DNA from: a virus
Lineage: Duplodnaviria; Caudoviricetes
IMG/VR virus record: IMGVR_UViG_3300031578_000039
Span: 1 to 58,771 of that record
Length of the DNA: 58,771 nucleotides
Direction: 5' to 3' (one strand)
Of this stretch, positions 38,909 to 46,305 are shown piece by piece (positions within the stretch are counted from its first letter, which is position 1; the number at the start of each line of letters is the position of its first letter). The notes beneath the pieces are model-generated. The model did no database searches. It was given only the letters and a program-made list of their open reading frames with translations, and was not told where the DNA came from. Both the position numbers and the translations under genes were made by a program.

Positions 38909-40574
38909 TGGTAAATTCAAATCTCTTTTAGACGAAGAAATTAAAGAATTGAACCAAGAAGAATTGGCAGATTATACATCTGACAAAATGATCAATGATT
39001 TTAATTCAAAGATCGAAAAAGCCACCGAGGGATTTTTAAAAAATGAAGATATTGAAAAAATTAAATCTGATTTTGAAAATTCTCTTAAGAACATGCCGAT
39101 TGATGCTTTAAGAGATTATGAGAAAACAATCTCTGATCTTAAAAAAGAATCAAAAGAATCAAAAGAGGTATCTGAAGAAATTAGGGGAATCATCAAAAAT
39201 CAAGGTTCTCTAATAAAGGCAATGCAAGAGAACGGCTCTAATATTCCAGATGCAAGAAAGAAACTAACAAGGGATGAGCAATTTAAAGTTTTAGTTCAAA
39301 AAGCGTTTCAATCAAAAGAATTTGAAGACTTCCAAAACAGAGGCTTTAAAGGCTATTCTGAGAAGATGACACTTTCAAACGATAATAATGGCAAACTTGA
39401 ATTGCATGGATTAGAATCTAAAGCAGTTGTTCCAATTACGAGCCATACTGGAACTGTTATGATTTCTGAAATATCAGACATCGTAAGAGACGATGCTCCT
39501 GCAAGGAGAAAGCATGTAAGAGATTTGCTAAGCGTAGGTATGACAAGCCAAGCACAAATTGTTGGCGGTCAGGTTTATGACTGGACAGATGCCCTCACGT
39601 TAGGAGCTATAATGCTATCAGAAAATGGCGAAGCCCCTGAAAGTGTGTTTAAATCAAAAGAAAACACCTGGGGATTAAAGAGGATTGCAAACTCAATGCG
39701 AATTTCAAAACGTTGGTTAAAAACAAATGGATTACAATGGGTTGTCGATCACGTTTTAGCTAAATTACCTGATGCAACATATACTGTTGAAGATTTCCAA
39801 CTATTGTTTGGGGATGGTTCAGGAGAGAACGTACAGGGGTTATCTAAGGATGCAAAAGCTTTTAATTTGCAACCAAATACATATGTTGCAACTGCATTTG
39901 CTAGTATCGCAACGTATAACTCAGGAGCGCAAACTCTTGTTACATTTGCCGCAGCTCATGGAATTAAGAACGGTGATAGCTTAACATTAGCCAATACAAC
40001 AGGAACGACTTACGATGGAACATTCACAGCAGTTGAAGTTGTTAATGCTACACAGGTTATTATCGACCAAGCATATACATCAGATGCAAATGTGGCGGCA
40101 AACTGGACTGGCTCAAGTAAATCAATATTTTATCAGTCTATTGATGATGCACAAGAATATGATGTTTTGGCTGTTACAGAAGCTTTATTAGAGGCTGGCG
40201 AATATGCAGTAACAGGACATGTTGTAAATCCACAGCAAGCTATCCAAATGGGATTACTTAAAGCAACAGACGCCAATTATCTTAACATTCAAAAAGATGC
40301 TAACGGTAGAGTTGTTGGGGTAAATGGGATACCTATTGCTACAACGACTGCCGTTCCGTCTGGCAAGTTCTTTAGCGGTGATTTCTCAAGAAATGGAGCA
40401 GAATTGAAAGAGTACACGCCTTTCAATATTCAATTTGTTGAGGATGTCGAGACAGCCAAAAAGAATGAAATCGTAATTGTAGTTGAGGAAGAAATCATAT
40501 TCCCTATTTACAATCCATACTGGTTTATCTTTGGAAAGTTTGCAACTGCAAAAACACAATTAGAAACTCCTTAA
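38889..40574 (+). CDS. Major capsid protein (HK97 fold) with an internal insertion
   Basis: Coiled-coil N-terminus, SENGEAPES, QLLFGDGSG, GDFS. Confidence 0.9.
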   Translation: MKKWIIDGKFKSLLDEEIKELNQEELADYTSDKMINDFNSKIEKATEGFLKNEDIEKIKSDFENSLKNMPIDALRDYEKTISDLKKESKESKEVSEEIRGIIKNQGSLIKAMQENGSNIPDARKKLTRDEQFKVLVQKAFQSKEFEDFQNRGFKGYSEKMTLSNDNNGKLELHGLESKAVVPITSHTGTVMISEISDIVRDDAPARRKHVRDLLSVGMTSQAQIVGGQVYDWTDALTLGAIMLSENGEAPESVFKSKENTWGLKRIANSMRISKRWLKTNGLQWVVDHVLAKLPDATYTVEDFQLLFGDGSGENVQGLSKDAKAFNLQPNTYVATAFASIATYNSGAQTLVTFAAAHGIKNGDSLTLANTTGTTYDGTFTAVEVVNATQVIIDQAYTSDANVAANWTGSSKSIFYQSIDDAQEYDVLAVTEALLEAGEYAVTGHVVNPQQAIQMGLLKATDANYLNIQKDANGRVVGVNGIPIATTTAVPSGKFFSGDFSRNGAELKEYTPFNIQFVEDVETAKKNEIVIVVEEEIIFPIYNPYWFIFGKFATAKTQLETP

Positions 40575-40585
40575 AACAGTTTTAT

Positions 40586-40834
40586 ATGGAAATTATAATT
40601 TCAGGGTCTGACAATAATATCAAGAAGTTTCTTAAATTAAATTCATTGTTCATGAAAAGAAATGGGTTGATATTATCTAAAGATGCCAAGGCTAAAGATG
40701 CCAAGGCTAAAGATGTAATCGCTTTAATTGAATCAGTTGAAACTTTAGAAGATTTAAAGCAATTTGAATCAGACAATAGAACAACTGTGAAAACAGTTTA
40801 TGACAAAAAATTGCAAGAGTTAAGTCAAGATTAA
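40586..40834 (+). CDS. Small head-associated protein
   Basis: Position; C-terminal E.DNRTTV motif. Confidence 0.6.
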   Translation: MEIIISGSDNNIKKFLKLNSLFMKRNGLILSKDAKAKDAKAKDVIALIESVETLEDLKQFESDNRTTVKTVYDKKLQELSQD

Positions 40835-40849
40835 TCAATAAATAAAGCA

Positions 40850-41440
40850 ATGGCAAATCTAATTAATGAGGATTATTTTATCAGAGACATAAGTTTACCT
40901 ACAAGTAAAGAGGCTGATGTATCTAAGATAAAATCTGAAATTGAGAAACATCAAGAAGGTGTCTTAATACAAGTTCTTGGTTATGATTTGTATTCTAAAT
41001 TTATTGCAGATCCTGCCTCAGAGCAAAGATTTCTTGACATAATAGACGGTAAAGAGTTTGAATTTAATTTTTGTGGAAAAACTATAAAACGTAAGTATGT
41101 AGGCTTGGTAAATTCCCAAAAGGAAAGTATTATAGCCTATTATGCTTACTTTTTTATAGTTAGAAACAATGTGACTTTCACTTCAAACACTGGCGAGGTT
41201 GTTGCCGATAATGAAAATTCAAGACCCGCATCTTCTAATCAGAAACTTACGAGGGCTTGGAATAATTTTGTTGAGTTATCAGGAGATATAATGTGTTGTT
41301 GCTTCGATAAATTAGACACTTCATCTTACATTCACGTCAACGACCATCCGTCTTTATTTAATTTTCTGTTAGCAAATAAAGACGTATATCCTGAATGGGA
41401 ATTTACACCATCTGAAAAGATTAATATTTTCGGAATATGA
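40850..41440 (+). CDS. Putative head-tail adaptor
   Basis: Position; VLGYDLY motif. Confidence 0.6.
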   Translation: MANLINEDYFIRDISLPTSKEADVSKIKSEIEKHQEGVLIQVLGYDLYSKFIADPASEQRFLDIIDGKEFEFNFCGKTIKRKYVGLVNSQKESIIAYYAYFFIVRNNVTFTSNTGEVVADNENSRPASSNQKLTRAWNNFVELSGDIMCCCFDKLDTSSYIHVNDHPSLFNFLLANKDVYPEWEFTPSEKINIFGI

Positions 41441-42132
41441 GCGATGCAAAATTAAGGATACCAACATTTGAGGCAGACTTTGAATCTATTGTAGATAAAA
41501 TTCGCAAGACAGGAATCATAACAGATGCCGTATTGTCTGGTGAAAACACTGTATTAACAACAGTTAACGATCTAAAGGAAAATAAAACATTGTTGATAAA
41601 CGGAATAAGCTGTAAGGTAATCTCTGCATCTTCAACAGAAATTACAGTTAATAAAGATGTTGTTGGTGCTACTGAGTGGAAAGCAGAATTTCCTTTTTTT
41701 ATGGACGGTCATATTTCTGAAATATCTAAAAGATTGAAAGGGAAAGATGAATCAAACGATTCTGTTTTAAAATGGCAGAAATATCCATTGATTATACTTT
41801 TACAGGATATTGATTACAAAAAAAACAGGATTAACAACACGGAAGCAACTATTGATTTTCTGATAGTAAATTCAACAGAACAGGACTATACAACGGTTCA
41901 GAGAAGGGAAAATAATTTTATACCAATACTTGATCCATTGTATAACGATCTTATTACGGCAATGAGAGACAATATGAAGTTTCGTATTTCAAACGATAGC
42001 TTTACAGCCTCTAGGAAGTATTTTTGGGGAGCGATACCGCAAAATAAAAATCCTTTCAACGATCGCCTTGATGCGATTGAGATAACAGGTTTAAAATTAG
42101 ATTTAATTACAAATTATAACTTAAATTGTTAA
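41437..42132 (+). CDS. Putative tail terminator/completion protein
   Basis: KYPLIIL motif; position before the tail tube gene. Confidence 0.55.
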   Translation: MSDAKLRIPTFEADFESIVDKIRKTGIITDAVLSGENTVLTTVNDLKENKTLLINGISCKVISASSTEITVNKDVVGATEWKAEFPFFMDGHISEISKRLKGKDESNDSVLKWQKYPLIILLQDIDYKKNRINNTEATIDFLIVNSTEQDYTTVQRRENNFIPILDPLYNDLITAMRDNMKFRISNDSFTASRKYFWGAIPQNKNPFNDRLDAIEITGLKLDLITNYNLNC

Positions 42133-42136
42133 AAAT

Positions 42137-43036
42137 ATGACATGCTCACAAATACCAATGCCAGCAGGGCTTCAAAAGACTTGCGGTGCTAATTTTGAGA
42201 AAGTAAAAAATATATTCATTGTAGATAATGTTACATTTGACAGTGTAGTAAAAGTACAAAGTCAAGCAGAATGGATTAAAGCAATAAGAGAAGATTTAAC
42301 AATCTGGGGGGGTAGAGTTTTGAACAGTTACGAGACAACTACCGATGACGCCAACACTGTTACATTCGATTCTACAAGAAAAAGAGATGTAACACGCCCT
42401 ATTCCATCAGGATTATTCTATTTTGATACAAATTTCTGTGACACAAAAGAGTTACTAAAAACTCTTAAAAATGTATCAAGAACGGTAGTATTTGAGCTTA
42501 ACAATGGAAGCTTGCATATGACAATGGGAATCGATGGAAAAATTAAAGGTTTTGCAGGAACTCTTAATGCCATTACAAAAGGAATTGCACAGCCTTCAGG
42601 CGTTGGCAATAATGCTCCTGTTAAATTTTACGGAGATAGTTATAATGAATGGGAAAATGGAGTATTAATTCCAATGGATTTCAGTTTGACAGACCTTATT
42701 GAAACGTATTCGCCTCTTGGGTTAACATTGCACTCTGTGGGGAAATATGATACAACCGCAGGTGAAATAGCAGTACATGTTGACGTGAGAGGACAAGGAG
42801 GTTTAGAGGGGCTTTCTGTAACAGATTTTGAGATAGTAAGATCAAGCAATATTGATACTCCTGACATAACAGGAATTGAGATAGTTGGAAACGGAGATTA
42901 TATACTTACTATTCAAAAGGGTGTTATTCCTGTTAATTTGGCGGTAGGTGATTTCGTTGTTGTTAGGGTAAAGGTTGCTGTTGGCTCTATTGTTAGCAAA
43001 GTTTCTAATGAAATTTATATATCTGTAAACGAATAA
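42137..43036 (+). CDS. Putative major tail protein
   Basis: Size, position, C-terminal Ig-like beta domain. Confidence 0.65.
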   Translation: MTCSQIPMPAGLQKTCGANFEKVKNIFIVDNVTFDSVVKVQSQAEWIKAIREDLTIWGGRVLNSYETTTDDANTVTFDSTRKRDVTRPIPSGLFYFDTNFCDTKELLKTLKNVSRTVVFELNNGSLHMTMGIDGKIKGFAGTLNAITKGIAQPSGVGNNAPVKFYGDSYNEWENGVLIPMDFSLTDLIETYSPLGLTLHSVGKYDTTAGEIAVHVDVRGQGGLEGLSVTDFEIVRSSNIDTPDITGIEIVGNGDYILTIQKGVIPVNLAVGDFVVVRVKVAVGSIVSKVSNEIYISVNE

Positions 43037-43040
43037 TATT

Positions 43041-43235
43041 ATGGGAAAAATACAAATTAATCCTAGCCTAAAGAGGCTATCCAAAGATGAGTTTAGAAAA
43101 TGGTTTGAGGGCAGAAAAAAAGCCTCACCTAAACGCTACGGAGAAGCAAACTTGGAAGATCATTACAATGAATTACATCCGACAGTTAAAAAGGAAGTAA
43201 AAGAAGAAGTAAAAGAGAATAAAGCTGTTAAGTAG
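43041..43235 (+). CDS. Hypothetical protein
   Basis: ORF track. Confidence 0.6.
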   Translation: MGKIQINPSLKRLSKDEFRKWFEGRKKASPKRYGEANLEDHYNELHPTVKKEVKEEVKENKAVK

Positions 43236-43252
43236 TAATTTAGAAGTACTTA

Positions 43253-43286
43253 AAAAAAGCCTTTCTGTATAAGAGAGGCTTTTTTA
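43253..43286. terminator. Bidirectional terminator between convergent units
   Basis: AAAAAAGCCTTTCT..AGAGAGGCTTTTTT. Confidence 0.8.
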
Positions 43287-43341
43287 ATTGTTTCCATATT
43301 TTCGTTTTAAAATAGTCATTAGCAACATGTTACGCTTTAAG

Positions 43342-43605
43342 TTAGTCTTCATTTGCCAATGCACTTAGTAAAGCATCAGCATATTCAACAGCTCTGGCAG
43401 AAAACGCTATTAGGTCACTTCCTTTTTTGTCATTTTCTTGTGGTCTTAATATATTAGGGTTGGCTTTGGCTATCATAGCCGCCATTGCTTGCCCTGCGTA
43501 ATATTCTCTAATTGTTAATCCTTTTTGCCAATAACAATCGTCAAGACCATATGCCACACTAGCAAAAGCTGGTTCATTTCCTATTTCTTTAATTCTATCT
43601 TCCAT
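43342..43605 (-). CDS. Conserved small phage protein
   Basis: PAF..GLTIREYYAGQAM..AVEYADALL motif. Confidence 0.85.
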   Translation of the reverse strand: MEDRIKEIGNEPAFASVAYGLDDCYWQKGLTIREYYAGQAMAAMIAKANPNILRPQENDKKGSDLIAFSARAVEYADALLSALANED

Positions 43606-43729
43606 AGTTTTTAGATTTATTATTTAATTAAAGATTTGTTTTTTGTTTCTGATTTCATGATTTATTTTAGTTTTGTACCGTCAACGCTAAAAAACGAAAC
43701 GGTAACAATATAATTAAGTTACTAGTCAC

Positions 43730-43918
43730 TCATGTTACACTTCTAAGCATTCGCAAACCATATAGGCAGATAGTTATTCCTGCTATTAAAAGCACATATT
43801 CATACCATATACGCTCCCATGTTACATTAATCATATCAGCTATTATAATTCCTGCTACAAATGCACCTAGTAAAGTCCAGAAGAATCCTAGCACAAATAT
43901 TCTGTTTTCTTTAGTCAT
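43730..43918 (-). CDS. Two-TM membrane protein
   Basis: Two hydrophobic helices. Confidence 0.65.
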   Translation of the reverse strand: MTKENRIFVLGFFWTLLGAFVAGIIIADMINVTWERIWYEYVLLIAGITICLYGLRMLRSVT

Positions 43919-44015
43919 TGTAATTTATTTTTTAGTTATTAAATCCGTACTAATGCTAACAAGAAAATATACGCTACTTCCCATAAACAAACAGCAAGGT
44001 GTGTTTACACAATCG

Positions 44016-44366
44016 TTATAAACAAGGTGACTCTGGTAGTTCTGCCCAATATTTAACAGGGTTTTGTTTCCTAATATCTCCCATCGCTATATCCCACCAA
44101 CGCTTTGTTATATCAGAATATTCTAGTTTATGTATCGTATTGTTTTCTAAACAAGCCAAGTAGCTGCCCAGCGCACCCTCTGGCAATCTTTCGGAGCAAG
44201 CCACCCAGTTAATAACACTAAATAAACCCAAAGTTTTAACCTTACTTTGATGGTAATATTCAGCGTATTCAGCCATTAATATAGGTACAAATCCAGCAAT
44301 TCTACCTTTACCGTGTTCAGAGTTATTGAACCATTCTTCTGCTTTATCAAATTCTGTAAAATCCAT
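44016..44366 (-). CDS. DUF551-like cassette protein
   Basis: WVACSERLPE...VKYWAELPE. Confidence 0.8.
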   Translation of the reverse strand: MDFTEFDKAEEWFNNSEHGKGRIAGFVPILMAEYAEYYHQSKVKTLGLFSVINWVACSERLPEGALGSYLACLENNTIHKLEYSDITKRWWDIAMGDIRKQNPVKYWAELPESPCL

Positions 44367-44421
44367 TTCGTGCTATTTAATTGGTTAAAAATCAGTGTTT
44401 ATTATTTACGTTATAAACCAT

Positions 44422-44661
44422 TTAGTGATAAATAAATCTACTGTGCGTTGAATCTATCACTATTTCTTGTATTGCCCGCCCACGTGTTCTTTTTCGGTTG
44501 TTATGTTGCGGAGTTGGTCTGTAATGGTTTACAGGTTGCTCAATAACTGGTTCAGATGCGGCTTGCGCTCCAGTTTGTTTTTTACTTCTAAATAAACGGT
44601 TTATAACATGCAACATAAACCATGCCTTTAGTCTGGCAAATAACATTGTAGTTGTTTTCAT
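44422..44661 (-). CDS. Hypothetical cassette protein
   Basis: Starts in the hairpin loop. Confidence 0.65.
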   Translation of the reverse strand: MKTTTMLFARLKAWFMLHVINRLFRSKKQTGAQAASEPVIEQPVNHYRPTPQHNNRKRTRGRAIQEIVIDSTHSRFIYH

Positions 44662-44726
44662 AATTTAGTTTATTTTAAGTTGATAATTTAATTCAATTTA
44701 TACGGCACAGTTCATGTTACCGACCG

Positions 44727-44951
44727 TTATAGGGCATTTACCCATATCTCATCCAATATTTCATACTCAGGGTCGTAAAGTGCTAATCTTTGCTTTCCTT
44801 CTTCATCGTGGTAGTTTTCTAAGCCTAGCTGTGTATCTTCAATGTCGTAACCTTCGTGCTTTTCTGTTTGTTCAATTAAAAAACGCCCTATAACATCACC
44901 TATATGTAATGCCTTGCCGTCTTTATCAAAAATCTCAATACTTGTTTCCAT
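44727..44951 (-). CDS. Acidic hypothetical cassette protein
   Basis: Hairpin-encoded KALHIGDVI. Confidence 0.7.
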   Translation of the reverse strand: METSIEIFDKDGKALHIGDVIGRFLIEQTEKHEGYDIEDTQLGLENYHDEEGKQRLALYDPEYEILDEIWVNAL

Positions 44952-45011
44952 TATTTCTATTATTAAAAGTTGGTGCAGTTTGGTAAAAAGGCACTACACA
45001 TAGCCTTACCG

Positions 45012-45413
45012 TTAGGCACAATTAGCCCACTCAATTAGGTCTGCTATAAACATTTCAAGCTCTTGTTTTTCAATCTTAATTCCGTCAACTTCATATTCTT
45101 GCCAGTTATCAAACCAAGCACCCCTAATTGAGCCACCCCACTTCAACTTATCCGTCAAAAATGGCATGTTTACCATAGTCAGGTAATTAATGTATTGTTT
45201 CTCGTCTTTTTGGTATTCAAATGTAGTCTTGTCAAGTATGCACTTTAGTACCTCTATCATGTTTTTAGCAAACAATACATCTGCATCTTCATCGTAGGTT
45301 GTAAAGTCAAATAAATAAGCTCCTACATATGCCATTTTTGACTCAACCGCACAGCAACCATGTTCCTGTTGTTCTTTATAGTTACTTTCTATAAGTTTTG
45401 TAAATTTTCCCAT
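45012..45413 (-). CDS. Hypothetical cassette protein
   Basis: FDFTTYD..WGGSIRGAWFD; fills the cassette body. Confidence 0.75.
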   Translation of the reverse strand: MGKFTKLIESNYKEQQEHGCCAVESKMAYVGAYLFDFTTYDEDADVLFAKNMIEVLKCILDKTTFEYQKDEKQYINYLTMVNMPFLTDKLKWGGSIRGAWFDNWQEYEVDGIKIEKQELEMFIADLIEWANCA

Positions 45414-45550
45414 CGCTCAAATAAAAGTGCCTAACACCATATAAAATTAATAAGGGTGTTATGCTGGTTTGTGCAGTATTGCCTTTAATTTAGTTTCGAG
45501 TAGTAAGGTAGGCTACTGCTTTTAATCATTCATTCTTTTTGTTTTCTTTA

Positions 45551-45620
45551 ACGAAAATACACTGCCGAAATTTAGCAAACAAATATTATAACATGTTGTA
45601 CAGCATATTTTGTATATTTG
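45551..45620. promoter_or_regulatory. Divergent promoters with central operator-like palindrome
   Basis: TATTTTCG on -, TATATTTG on +, ACATGTTGTACAGCAT at 45591. Confidence 0.6.
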
Positions 45621-45645
45621 TATAATAATGAAATAAATTAATGTA

Positions 45646-46305
45646 ATGAATTTCCACAATATAAATACAATGTCAGTGAAGCATTGCCAAGAAATGATAA
45701 CAACTGGTAATTATTTAATGATATGTAGATCAAAAACATTTAACCCAATAACAAGGATTAAAGCAATAAAAAAGTACTCTGGATTCATTGAAAAACTCCA
45801 AGAATTATTCGGAAACGAAGATTTTGAAAAGTTAATAGGCATTGATATTTTAATTCAGGGGATGAGATTAAAGCGTAATAATCTAACCCTATTGCATGAC
45901 GGTTTGAAATTATGTTATGATATAAAAGATACGCCAAGAAAGATTCAGTTACTTGACGGATTTAAGGAAAAACATCGTTTAATGTTGTTTCGTTATCCGA
46001 GTGTGGTAGATGCAGAAGCCGAGGCAGATGAGCAAAAAAAGCAGATAGATGATGTATTGAAGCCAATTAAATCAGAAATAGAGAGACTTGATTATAAAAT
46101 AAAGGAAAAAACGCCACTGCCAAATACTAATGAGGTTGAAAAAGAAGATAAACAGTTAGGTTTAGCGATGCACATAGCATTTATAGAGGCAGTTGAAAAC
46201 AATGGTTATTTAGATAGAGATATAACGGTAAACGAGCTTAAATTTAAGTACGATCAGGCTGTTCAAAAAAACAACAAATTAAAAGTAAAACAAGATGGCA
46301 GATAA
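45646..46305 (+). CDS. Putative tail assembly chaperone
   Basis: Directly upstream of and overlapping the tape measure gene. Confidence 0.5.
   Translation: MNFHNINTMSVKHCQEMITTGNYLMICRSKTFNPITRIKAIKKYSGFIEKLQELFGNEDFEKLIGIDILIQGMRLKRNNLTLLHDGLKLCYDIKDTPRKIQLLDGFKEKHRLMLFRYPSVVDAEAEADEQKKQIDDVLKPIKSEIERLDYKIKEKTPLPNTNEVEKEDKQLGLAMHIAFIEAVENNGYLDRDITVNELKFKYDQAVQKNNKLKVKQDGR

Larger units (their letters stand above)
43995..45461 (-). mobile_element. Integron-like cassette array H (4 cassettes, minus strand)
   Basis: Bodies 45011-45435, 44726-44894, 44410-44607, 44015-44216 with complementary ends; terminal motif 43995-44018 (rc TAACGATTGTGTAAACACACCTTG). Confidence 0.85.

Noticed and set aside
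38789-40715. Short in-gene duplications (AGCCGTCAAACGACACT x2; 15-bp tandem at 40679)
   Set aside because: Ordinary short duplications in low-complexity linkers
2246-44018. 24-bp terminal motif or cassette hairpins as CRISPR repeats
   Set aside because: Copies are hundreds to thousands of bp apart and separated by genes, not spacers
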